Shown in pieces: positions 9,701 to 17,166 of a stretch of 64,000 bases of DNA. Numbering within the stretch: position 1 is the stretch's first letter; the number at the start of each line of letters is the position of its first letter. The notes beneath the pieces were generated by a model. It was not told the DNA's origin. It saw only the letters and a list, made by a program, of their open reading frames with translations, and ran no database searches. A program made the translations under genes and the position numbers. The DNA comes from a virus (lineage: Duplodnaviria > Caudoviricetes), in IMG/VR virus record IMGVR_UViG_3300005345_000001, positions 16,507 to 80,506 of that record; one strand, 5' to 3'.

Positions 9701-10635
9701 CAGGAGGTGCAGGAACCGCTGTGGATTATAAGAATTTTGATGCCTATGTTCTGGTTCAGGATGAAGGAGCAACCATTATAACGCCTTACCAAATCGATCC
9801 CGATTTCAGTCTGAGTCCTACCGGATACATCTTCGGTAGCACGATGCGCATTACCAATACCCATACGCTGATGAGCTTGCAGAATAGCAATACGCCGATG
9901 TTCGAAGTCAACGGCATTGGCGATCTGAAACTGCTCAAGCGCGTGGCTTATTCCTGGCCCAGTGCTCAGGGAGCCGCCCAAACTGTTCTTACCAATGATG
10001 GGTCGGGCAACCTTGGGTGGGGAGCAGTAGCAGCTAGCGGTGGAGGGCTGGCCACAAACGCCAATCAATTTGGGGCCAATACTACGCTCTCGATCAAGGA
10101 GGGCGTGCTTCTGACAAACATTATGCTCTATCCATCCAACCTGACCAGTCCAGCCTCGATTGCGACTGCCAGCGTTGGAAGTATGACTAACCTGATAGAG
10201 TGGAGACAGACCAATGGCGCATTGGCGCTACTGATCAGCTCCAATGGTCTTTATAACATATCCGTTCCCCTTCTCCACTCCAACGCCGTTGCATTTAGGA
10301 CCAACAATATCGACTTCAAATTGGCTCAGTGGCAGACGTTTAGTAACGCACTCAAAACCAATTTGGTCCTCCAGCTAACCAACTGTAATGATGGCGTCAC
10401 ACATACGTTAAATGCTTTCGGTTCTGGAAGACTTGGGAATGGAACAACCAATGCATGGCAATTGCTTTGCACCGTCGCCTCTGGTAACACCATCTATTGG
10501 CCTCCAGGATCTACCAATGGAAATTTCGATGTGCTGGTTAACAGCAATCAGGTGGTTACGTTCACATTCCAGCAAGTGTTCAACACCAACATATTCGCAT
10601 CCTATCTGGTGCGAGAGGGGATAGGGGCAAACTGA
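3784..10635 (+). CDS. Giant repetitive fibre/adhesin-like protein (2284 aa) with signal peptide
   Basis: Start ATG 3784 (MRRLLAAVCALLCFASVLFG). NVAIG/NVALG repeats (about 4110-4680), IGGG..N repeats (about 5800-6520), and multiple internal module duplications. Very rich in T, N, G and S. Confidence 0.8.
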   Translation: MRRLLAAVCALLCFASVLFGANPSYTSFLGTNGIIITSNPPQGFIIIDGRALTNGFVSGVGDQVWTNDVGVIYTIVDPSRIQFLTNRIFGRLIRADGTNTVFGSNALPPNVGAVNSVAIGSDALSRSSGGENVAIGHRALATNSSGLNNVAVGYRAMEFNDISEDNVALGYSALREFTTGHQNTALGAASMVHLTTSYDGTAVGYGAMDKLEGIGNTALGSRAISGGLGGGNYNLVAGNQAMFNSDRLEGNVALGGFALTGIDDLTNVVAIGYQATAISGGLTNAVGIGALTRITADNQMMLGTNITRYVFRNVDYTFPSANGAAGTALTNNGAGILGWGTVAGSGGTVAFSDLIWTNDNGTLKPVAFPTNVLLRVNVPDNGTGTNYYFDSRVYRTNATSKLFAIYNGGSNAVTVGPYGGLFMGRGNPTPFPGVVLYGIYDTALGETNQQEIFTMSQNSAVGYNGAADLIVDTNYGAIILFANKEGGTKFSRFAIQAGAGINPQDFNTFSMQALVDGATYFQVDPNFTLLTPTNYLFSSSVRITNIHTLLSLQNSNFPVLEVDGVGDLRLIKKIPYQWPSAQGAAGTALTNNGSGILGWGAVASGGGLTFADLIWTNNTDTIYPYVHSNRIHFGTSATNGARLNLEWYAPRRSFRVGQLSTGIGSDYWDVTNLGIGSVSFGSNNLAGGYMSAVLSGYGNIIPTNYIYSVIVGGTENLFAESSASGRNIIGGGSKNQMDPGASNCVIVGGFRNRILTDAFMSSMVGGADNISRMRYGSIGGGSGNETRGIGSVVGGGLNNISGESTVDGLTTIGGGSQNSIHEDYGTIGGGFGNFLQSSALYGTIGGGRGNVSDAISGTIAGGSLNNIDGFAQYGVISGGYTNFIGNPGAGGSHFSFIPGGVSNKISGAIMAAAIGSFQTNTLDKTILLGTTNNNRVMVSTTNLNLLEDMTILMTNGAGAGKVLTSDANGKGTWGTASAGSGTFTNIFSPTLSNATIKPLVVGLGTAAGATNTTGEIRGIEAGANITITPNGSNYVISSTANFVSLSTTNATSKPLTNSYASGVLTMFGIEQGSGQAITVNASNIVVGIDWAQVASTTNVVGVSNWVNSVSNYVTAATNSASVTNWITQRQPANAVLSNLVGTVAKNVTNVVSLSTTNATSKPLTNSYTSGVLTIFGIEQGSGQAITMNASNILVAIDWAQTASTTNVVGVSNWVNSVSNYVTAATNSASVTNWITQRQPASQTLTNLSGTGAITNVFSASLSNATMKPVVFPSANNFATNYTGRFFGLEQGANVTLTPNGSNIVIASSGSGGSSLTTNANQFGASVELTIKDAPLLTNAIHYGAGFLGSFTNVWTAPQFLGTNVVFDGTNSSWFQFNPATGPQTNYVFTNIQAGQTIVVKTYVTNGTTVRLWANTTEIPASWYIGNNGSAANINSNAPSVVYVSRDSLVPATNVLIWTRDFDVTAGYGLIYATNFVAGIVTQQLQQIFQPGNATLTNLAGTGAVTNLFSPTLSNGTIKPLVVGVGTAAGATNVTGEIRGLEAGANITITPNGSNYVIASTGGGGVALSDLVWTNRVGELLPNAYPTNTILSPTNAGFRTNFYFGSTETRAGGTNKVFRVYNGTNNALTVGDAGIFIGSANGTPINGQAINAIYDTSLGDAPSKAISLTSQNSAVGFNSSAVTSVSTNFANTVLTADRDGTGFINFTQVIGQDATWLNFDMYVLAQDAGGTIIRPFQFDPDFSLSPTSYLFNSTMRITNTHTLMSLQNSNTPMFEVNGIGDLKLLKRIPYSWPNAQGAAQTVLTNDGSGNLGWGAVSASGGSVTFADIVWTNKSGTLYPIAYPTNIIFNPTNTVSAAELARATNFLFQTSTRRIGGTNVLFAVFNGGASALVVGDQGIMIGSTNYIPVPQAAIDIAYDTAFGVDSPEKSVLLTTYNSVVGYSGNAEMHVSTNYGDFNVTANKEGNGFVEYFFRAGGAGTAVDYKNFDAYVLVQDEGATIITPYQIDPDFSLSPTGYIFGSTMRITNTHTLMSLQNSNTPMFEVNGIGDLKLLKRVAYSWPSAQGAAQTVLTNDGSGNLGWGAVAASGGGLATNANQFGANTTLSIKEGVLLTNIMLYPSNLTSPASIATASVGSMTNLIEWRQTNGALALLISSNGLYNISVPLLHSNAVAFRTNNIDFKLAQWQTFSNALKTNLVLQLTNCNDGVTHTLNAFGSGRLGNGTTNAWQLLCTVASGNTIYWPPGSTNGNFDVLVNSNQVVTFTFQQVFNTNIFASYLVREGIGAN
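6910..7503 (+). repeat. Two 270-nt in-frame copies (6910-7179 and 7234-7503) of a 90-aa module
   Basis: 84 of 90 residues are identical (VSLSTTNATSKPLTNSY...TNWITQRQPA), period 324 nt. Confidence 0.95.
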
Positions 10636-11348
10636 TGAAGTGGCTATTATTACTCTTAAGTTGTTTGGGCTGTTGCGGCCAACAGGCTACGGTCGGCCTG
10701 TCCGTTCGTGCGCTAGGCTCATCGGCCAACACTGCCAACGATACCAGCGAAGCGACCGGCTCTTATACGCCACAGATCGGCACTGAACTGATCGCCATCG
10801 TCATCAACACGAAAGCTGCCACCCCCGACCAGCCTAACTTGGTTGGCAATGGCTTAACCTGGACGGAGCTTTTCGATACCAATTATCTAACGGATCATCG
10901 GCTCACGATTTGGTATGCCAAGTGCGGGTCGGGAGCCTTTGCCGGTCCATTGACAGCCGATACTGGCGCCACCTCTCAGACCGGCTGGGCCTTGGCTGTG
11001 GTGGAGGTGAGCGGGGCAGTGATCACCGGGGTCAATGGCCTGACCGGATTGCGTCAAAATGTTAACGCAAACGTCTCGGCTGGCACCACCATTACGGCGA
11101 CCTTTGCTGCACTTGGCAAACGGACGCTATGCATTGGGCTAGTGGGCGGTAACCTCAACGGAACGGCGAATACTGCGGAAGCTGGCTGGACAGAGATTGT
11201 TGATGTGGCCTTCAACACCCCAGCCACAGAGCTAACCATCGTATATCAGGCAAAGAATGCCGATACGACCTGTGCGGTTTCCAATGCCGGCGCATTCAGT
11301 GGGTGCATTGTAGGCATCGAGATGGTTCAGGTTGGTAATTTCCCATGA
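10635..11348 (+). CDS. Exported beta-rich hypothetical protein
   Basis: MKWLLLLLSCLGCCG signal-like N-terminus; coupled to both neighbours by overlapping stop/start codons. Confidence 0.7.
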   Translation: MKWLLLLLSCLGCCGQQATVGLSVRALGSSANTANDTSEATGSYTPQIGTELIAIVINTKAATPDQPNLVGNGLTWTELFDTNYLTDHRLTIWYAKCGSGAFAGPLTADTGATSQTGWALAVVEVSGAVITGVNGLTGLRQNVNANVSAGTTITATFAALGKRTLCIGLVGGNLNGTANTAEAGWTEIVDVAFNTPATELTIVYQAKNADTTCAVSNAGAFSGCIVGIEMVQVGNFP

Positions 11349-12160
11349 GAATACTACTGGCATTACTGTTGAGTGTGGTTGCTGCCAAAGCTGATTGGTT
11401 CGGGACTGGTAATCTAAACACCTATTTCTGCGGTCCGAACATGACCAACTCAATGAATGTGCTGAGCAACAGCATCACCATTGCCGTTTGGCTCAGAATT
11501 CGAGATACTGGTACTGGGCTGGAACAAAAGAATGTGTTCTTTTCCAAAGGCCGATTGGACTTCACTGCCAGCTGTAATTATCTGCTGCGCATTTCTGGCA
11601 GCAAATTCGAATTCGATTATACCGACCAAGTTGGTGGGCTGCACACGTATCAGTCCTCTTCGACGATTATCTGGACCAATCGCCTCCGATTCGTTGCACT
11701 TACATTCACCTACGGAACGGCTGGATCATCAATGCAAATGTATTTGGATGGCGCCCCCATCTCAGGATCGTGGACCAGTGGGAACGGAAACAGTAATAGC
11801 CTCCCAAACCAGCACGAATTTAGCCTTTCAGGACCCACGGCGCAGGTGGTTGGAGGTGGGATTTTAATGGGTGAACAAGGCCCGGTCATGGCCTGGCGCA
11901 CAAATCTTAGTAGCACTCAAATTCAGATGCTTTATAAAACACGTGTAGCTGGGTTGCCTTATGTTATCTATCCACAGCATTGCGTGCTAAACATTGATTG
12001 GAGCAATATTCGGTATGGTCAAGACATGGAGTCTAGTCAACGAATTCCGAGTCGTGTCCCTTGGGGTCAGTTCGTGTCTAACGCTATCCCACGATTCGGT
12101 CAAAGCAGCAGCGGCAATCCGCTCGGAAGCCAGTTAATGTCATTTTGGCCAAACGAATAA
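11345..12160 (+). CDS. LamG/concanavalin-A-like lectin-domain protein with signal peptide
   Basis: MRILLALLLSVVAAKA|D signal; ITIAVWLR...FVALTFT...MQMYLDG pattern of LamG jelly-roll domains. Confidence 0.75.
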   Translation: MRILLALLLSVVAAKADWFGTGNLNTYFCGPNMTNSMNVLSNSITIAVWLRIRDTGTGLEQKNVFFSKGRLDFTASCNYLLRISGSKFEFDYTDQVGGLHTYQSSSTIIWTNRLRFVALTFTYGTAGSSMQMYLDGAPISGSWTSGNGNSNSLPNQHEFSLSGPTAQVVGGGILMGEQGPVMAWRTNLSSTQIQMLYKTRVAGLPYVIYPQHCVLNIDWSNIRYGQDMESSQRIPSRVPWGQFVSNAIPRFGQSSSGNPLGSQLMSFWPNE

Positions 12161-12170
12161 CATCATCCAA

Positions 12171-12827
12171 ATGCCATCACCCGTTTCACCCACCCAATTC
12201 TGTGACGCCGTTCCAGCGGCCAACGCCGACCTGTGCGTCAAGATGTCCAAATTCCTGGGCATCCCACAGCTGCTCTGTGATTTGTTCGGCTGGATGCTCA
12301 ATACCGACCGATCCATCAGCCAGACGTTTAAGGAGGAGGTGGCCACCTTTAGCACCCCAACGGGTATGATTGCTTACTCACTTACCCTAAATATGGGGCC
12401 GGGCTGGATCTTGGCCGATGGCAGCGATATCTCCCGCACGACCTACGCCAATCTCTTCGCCGCCATCGGCACCCGCTACGGCGTTGGGGACGGCAGCACC
12501 ACCTTCGGATTACCCGATTTACGTGGCCGCTCTCCAATTGGCGCCGGTCAAGGCACCGGATTATCCAATCGCGACATCAATACCGTCAACGTGGGCGAAG
12601 AGCGCCATACCCAAACGGAGGCCGAATTAGCCACCCATCGCCACGATTACAACACTACCGACAGCCAGCAAATCCTGGTGCAACAGGCAGTGGGAAAGAT
12701 CAACGACATCAACCGAAGCGGGTCGCTTGATTATGCTTTTGCCGATCCAATGGAGACCACGGGTGACAGTGAGCCCTTCAACGTCATTCACCCATGTATT
12801 ATCGCTTATCCGTTTATCAAGATCTAA
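12171..12827 (+). CDS. Phage tail collar domain protein
   Basis: GWILADGSDISRTTYANLFAAIGTRYGVGDGSTTFGLPDLRGRSPIGAG is the canonical tail-collar motif. Confidence 0.92.
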   Translation: MPSPVSPTQFCDAVPAANADLCVKMSKFLGIPQLLCDLFGWMLNTDRSISQTFKEEVATFSTPTGMIAYSLTLNMGPGWILADGSDISRTTYANLFAAIGTRYGVGDGSTTFGLPDLRGRSPIGAGQGTGLSNRDINTVNVGEERHTQTEAELATHRHDYNTTDSQQILVQQAVGKINDINRSGSLDYAFADPMETTGDSEPFNVIHPCIIAYPFIKI

Positions 12828-12838
12828 GATGACCCGCG

Positions 12839-14986
12839 ATGTCAGACTTCAAGACGATCAAGCTAAGACCCATGACGGGCGTGTTCGACACGCTCTCAAG
12901 CGCAGATGAGATTGGCTTTGGTAATTGGCGCGTAGTTAAAAACGCTGTTACCCGCTCCACTCGAAACCGTAATCGGTCTGGTGGCTGGCGTCGCCTGTTC
13001 GCTGACGACGATCCATACAACAACCAGGACCTTCACGACCAGTTAACGACCCGGCTGGGCTACTACGATTCTTTCGAAGAGCACGTCATGGGTGGTGGAG
13101 GCCTGCATGGCTACATCTACGCCTACTTCACTGGAGTCTATCAGGAGCCCACCACCTTCGCCTATCCTCCAGCATCGGGTCCATTTTCTCCGGTTTATGT
13201 CGGGGATTTCCCGGAGATGCTCTATGGCCCGTGCACAATCTTCTACCCATACGTGGGGTATCCTTATCGGTTCATCCAGCGCCCTGATTTGCCCGACAGC
13301 CTGACGACGGGCGCCCCGTTCAACTACCTGGATTCCTACGTGTACACATCCTGCCAGGTGGAGTATCCAGGGGATCTAGTTGCGGGCTACCCATACGGGC
13401 CGCAGACGCCCGTCTATGACCCCCTCTTTGCCTACGACCACGAGTATTGCGGAGATTATCTGTGGAGCCGGCCTGGATGCCGGGAAGCTATCACGATGTT
13501 AACCGAAGTGGTCACCGCCCAGGGCCGCAAACTGGTGGCCGCAACCATGTCCAGAGTTTATGAATTCAATCAATCAGCAGGGAATTGGCGGATATTGGCC
13601 GATGGACTGGGTAATTCCGGATACACGACCGAACAGTGCGGGTGCAACAGCGTTCGAGGAATGGCCGCTACCATTGGAGAATACCTTGTTTTCACCAATA
13701 ACTTCGATCCCCCATTTATCTACCAACTTGGAAGCGATTCTTCTGGCTGCGGGCTTCAGTCACTCCAACCGATCACAGACCTGGCAGTGCTTGGTATTAC
13801 CCGAGCTGGCGGAGTGGTTACCTGGAAGGGATTCGTAATCTTCTTCGACATCACCGAAGCCGGCGTGCGCAGCGGCAGTACGATTATTTGGAGTGATCTG
13901 GAGGATCCCAATTCATTCATCGAAAGTGATACCAGTTTTGCCGGCCGGGCCACCACAGCGGTTGGAGAGACTATCCTGGCTGCCGCGCCCATCGGAAACT
14001 GGCTCATCCTTTACACCGATAAATCAATCATCCGGGTGTCCCTGGTCGGTGGGGAAGACGTGTTTAACTTCGAGGAGATTTATCGGGGTGGCAACGCTCT
14101 GCGCTACAAGTATTCCCTGGTAAACGCTGGCGACGCCCACATTTATATGGGCGAGAGTGACATTTACATGTTCACTCAGTTCGATACCCGGCCGATTAAC
14201 GTGGAGTGGATCACTAGGGCCGCCGGCTTTGTCTATAACGGAATAGCTGAGGACGACGCCACCTATCAACGCATCAACAACGATGCCTGCAATCTGGTCA
14301 CAGGCGGTTGGAACGAGAACACCCGCGAAGCATTCTTCTCTTGGCCAACCGGAGACAACATCTGTCCGGACGTCACGTTACGGCTTAACCTCAAATTCAG
14401 CGCCGCTGACTTCATCGACCACGGCTTCACGGCTTTCTTGACCTTCCACCGGGACCAGCGGCCCACGGTGGGTGAATGGATGGAGACCCTGGGCATCTGT
14501 CCACGTGGAAGCAAGGTGGCCACCGGCATCAAGGACGGGCCCGTGTGCCCAGATCCTAATCGGATAATAGAGCAGCCTGCGGATCCGGATGCGGAGCCCG
14601 AACCCGAGCCAGAGCCAGAGCCAGAAGACTGCGGGACGGATTGTTCCCAGATGCCCGTAACGCTTTACGCCCGGGATCTGATGCCAATGTATCAGGCGGG
14701 GCCGGAAGCGCTCGGTTGCCCAGCCTGGGACGGATCACTGGTGAATGCCGGAAGCCCTCCGTGCCAGTGGTTGAATTGGTGTTCTGGCCCAGTCGGTTTT
14801 GGTGGCATTGGTGTCATACTGTCAGGCGCGCCGGGTAACTGGTGGATCAGCATCTATCGAGGGGCCTCATTCGCTTCGTATCAGCTTACGCCACAGGCCA
14901 ATTGTCCGTATGGCACCTATAATTTGGCGGTTTCAACCTGGATAGACGGGCCTGCGGCTAGCTCAGTAGAAGTGACGATCGTTTGA
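12839..14986 (+). CDS. Tail nozzle/stabilisation protein (P22 gp10/T7 gp12-like), N-terminal part plus a Cys-rich extension
   Basis: 715 aa beta-rich protein with TIIWSDLEDP and ILAAAPIGNWLILYTDKSIIRV segments typical of podovirus nozzle proteins. (EP)n linker at about 14590-14630. Confidence 0.6.
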   Translation: MSDFKTIKLRPMTGVFDTLSSADEIGFGNWRVVKNAVTRSTRNRNRSGGWRRLFADDDPYNNQDLHDQLTTRLGYYDSFEEHVMGGGGLHGYIYAYFTGVYQEPTTFAYPPASGPFSPVYVGDFPEMLYGPCTIFYPYVGYPYRFIQRPDLPDSLTTGAPFNYLDSYVYTSCQVEYPGDLVAGYPYGPQTPVYDPLFAYDHEYCGDYLWSRPGCREAITMLTEVVTAQGRKLVAATMSRVYEFNQSAGNWRILADGLGNSGYTTEQCGCNSVRGMAATIGEYLVFTNNFDPPFIYQLGSDSSGCGLQSLQPITDLAVLGITRAGGVVTWKGFVIFFDITEAGVRSGSTIIWSDLEDPNSFIESDTSFAGRATTAVGETILAAAPIGNWLILYTDKSIIRVSLVGGEDVFNFEEIYRGGNALRYKYSLVNAGDAHIYMGESDIYMFTQFDTRPINVEWITRAAGFVYNGIAEDDATYQRINNDACNLVTGGWNENTREAFFSWPTGDNICPDVTLRLNLKFSAADFIDHGFTAFLTFHRDQRPTVGEWMETLGICPRGSKVATGIKDGPVCPDPNRIIEQPADPDAEPEPEPEPEPEDCGTDCSQMPVTLYARDLMPMYQAGPEALGCPAWDGSLVNAGSPPCQWLNWCSGPVGFGGIGVILSGAPGNWWISIYRGASFASYQLTPQANCPYGTYNLAVSTWIDGPAASSVEVTIV

Positions 14987-14989
14987 GTT

Positions 14990-16321
14990 ATGGCCACCCT
15001 GTTACTGTTCATTCGCAATCCAGAGGAGGACATCAATTTCCCGGTCCATCCCAATTCTCTGTGTGCCATCCTGGCTGGTAAAACCCTGGATTTCTTCTGT
15101 GAGGATTGCGCTGTTCCGGCAACCTTCGTGGCAGCCTCAGCGGTGGACTTTGCGCTCAAGCAGCTGGAGGACGACATCTATTACCGGGAACGCCTCGCAA
15201 CAGCACCGCCAGCCTGTGCTGATGTCCCATTCGCCACCGAGACTGGCCAAGATGAGGGCTTCACTGGCGGCGCGCTAGTGCTGGATCAATGGCTTCCGCT
15301 GTCGGCGGCGCATTGCTCTGGCATAAACTCGATAACCGGTTATCACATAGAGCTAGAAGATATGCCACTTAACCATGCCGTTTACGAACCAGGCCGGGAT
15401 GTCATTTATGGCGTCAGTGGAGGTTACGTTTATAAACTAAACGCCACCACCGGAGAGAAGATTTCGTCCGCCAGGTTCTTTGAGAATCGGTTCTACGATT
15501 CATACATCGCTTACTCCTCAATCACCGACAAGCTTTATGTGACAGCATGGATGAATGATCCTGGCAACGAGCCGGCGGCTATAAACCGTGTTAAATGGAT
15601 GTTCAAGCTCAATCCGGATACGCTGGCCGTTGATGGGACGTTCAATATATTCGCGTCAGGCGTTACAGTGGCGCACGAATACTTCGAATCTGGTCCACGG
15701 GAGATGGTGAGCGTCGCTGGAGATATTTATTTTCTGATGTTTGACAGATCACAGTCAAACAACGCTTGTTATCTAATGCGGTTTGATGTAGCAGGTGAAA
15801 CCTGGGACAACTCGTCTTCCAATAATCGGAACATAGGATTTTCCCAGGGGCTTACGTATGATGCAGACAACAACGTAATTTGGGTATCTACGCAGCAGGG
15901 GGCTACTGCTCATGCCCCGGCTCCAGGAGTTACGCAGAGTGACACCGTTGATATCAGTGGAGTTAGCGACCCAATGGCGAAAGGTATTTGCTATAGGTCT
16001 GGTCATCTTTACTTCACTCTTTGGCAGGGAACTACAATCGAGAGGTATAAAATCCAGAAGGTACGCATCAGCGATGACAATAACACCACTATAGACTTGG
16101 GGGACACGGCGGCCACTCCTCGTAAAATACGGTACTGGTCCATTAACGACCGGATTTATGTGCCCACCTTTAATGCCAACACCGTGGTCATCATCGACCC
16201 AACCACCGACACAGTTGAATCTACAAAGACCGGGTTTGATTCTCCAGTTGATGTCGTTTTCACACCAACCAAAGTCTGGGCTGTTCAACACGGAGCTCAA
16301 GGGCTTAAAGAGGTAATCTAA
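14990..16321 (+). CDS. Beta-propeller (YncE/YVTN-like) virion protein
   Basis: Repeated blades, e.g. DRIYVPTFNANTVVIIDPTTDTV...GFDSPVDVVFTP. Confidence 0.7.
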   Translation: MATLLLFIRNPEEDINFPVHPNSLCAILAGKTLDFFCEDCAVPATFVAASAVDFALKQLEDDIYYRERLATAPPACADVPFATETGQDEGFTGGALVLDQWLPLSAAHCSGINSITGYHIELEDMPLNHAVYEPGRDVIYGVSGGYVYKLNATTGEKISSARFFENRFYDSYIAYSSITDKLYVTAWMNDPGNEPAAINRVKWMFKLNPDTLAVDGTFNIFASGVTVAHEYFESGPREMVSVAGDIYFLMFDRSQSNNACYLMRFDVAGETWDNSSSNNRNIGFSQGLTYDADNNVIWVSTQQGATAHAPAPGVTQSDTVDISGVSDPMAKGICYRSGHLYFTLWQGTTIERYKIQKVRISDDNNTTIDLGDTAATPRKIRYWSINDRIYVPTFNANTVVIIDPTTDTVESTKTGFDSPVDVVFTPTKVWAVQHGAQGLKEVI

Positions 16322-16917
16322 TGGCCTGCACCGTCGTCGAACTCAACTTGGTCGCAGGCGTGGACTACGATCTGGACCTAGCCGCTGGACGAATCCGGTT
16401 CCGGTCCGATGGCCAGCTGGGTGCGCTTATCGATGCGGGTAACTTCTGTGGGCTGGTGGTCAATGCCTGTTGCCAGGACGCAAGCTGTGACCCTTACGGC
16501 CCATACGCCTGTGACCTGACCTGCTACGTCAGGGACGGCTACGACACCGTTATGCAGGAAGGCGCCGAAAACTACCGCACTGACGACGAAAAGATGATCA
16601 AGATGGTGGGCGTTGAAGCTGAGCCACTGCCCTCATCCAGCCCGTTAGACCTTCAGGTCGACGTCGGTTTTGCGCCAACCCCAAACTGTTTCACCTGGAA
16701 GGAAACCCGCGACTTGCCATTCGAATGTCAGACTGCCAAATCAGCTGCTCAGCACATTGCTGACCGCACCAGGCCTGATGGCACGTTTTATTACCCAACC
16801 TGGCGTCGTGGCATTTACCTCTCTACTCGTTTCAGGATTTCTGGCGTCGGTGGCGCCGGCCAGTTCTCGGCCCTAAGCAAGATGATTAAAGGCTGGGGCC
16901 AACAGGATTCACCATAA
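16321..16917 (+). CDS. Putative virion protein resembling a nozzle C-terminal segment
   Basis: TAATG coupling; ends WRRGIYLSTRFRISGVGG, reminiscent of nozzle C-termini (inference). Confidence 0.45.
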   Translation: MACTVVELNLVAGVDYDLDLAAGRIRFRSDGQLGALIDAGNFCGLVVNACCQDASCDPYGPYACDLTCYVRDGYDTVMQEGAENYRTDDEKMIKMVGVEAEPLPSSSPLDLQVDVGFAPTPNCFTWKETRDLPFECQTAKSAAQHIADRTRPDGTFYYPTWRRGIYLSTRFRISGVGGAGQFSALSKMIKGWGQQDSP

Positions 16918-17123
16918 TGGGAGACCCAATAGAATTATCGCGTAGATCGATCAGGCAAGAACTGATCACAGAAGTGCTGTTTGACCGGCTGCCCGAGCCC
17001 CCTGAGGAAATGCTCAGGCTCCCTGGAGTCAGGCGCTGGTTCTCTGCCATGCGCTTAGCCCGGGAGCGGGACATCCAAGCGCTGCACCGGCTCATCCACA
17101 AGATTGAAGGGACCGGAGGATAA
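16917..17123 (+). CDS. Small hypothetical protein
   Basis: 68 aa, TAATG coupling to the upstream gene. Confidence 0.65.
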   Translation: MGDPIELSRRSIRQELITEVLFDRLPEPPEEMLRLPGVRRWFSAMRLARERDIQALHRLIHKIEGTGG

Positions 17124-17166
17124 TGGCCCCTTGCAAATCGAGCGTTAATCTGTAGAACTGCATCTT

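Noticed and set aside
14585-14630. gagcc(c/a) short tandem repeat as a contingency locus
   Set aside because: It encodes an ordinary (EP)n linker with varied codons; length changes would stay in frame.
14984-14992. Genome-wide TGA recoding suggested by the in-frame TGA
   Set aside because: TGA is used as a real stop in many ATGA-coupled junctions across the window, so at most this is local readthrough.
17131-17158. Sigma70-like promoter TTGCAA-N16-TAGAAC before the pilot gene, and similar weak boxes at 20720-20736 and 42845-42871
   Set aside because: The -10 matches are poor and the host consensus is unknown; not supportable without TSS data.
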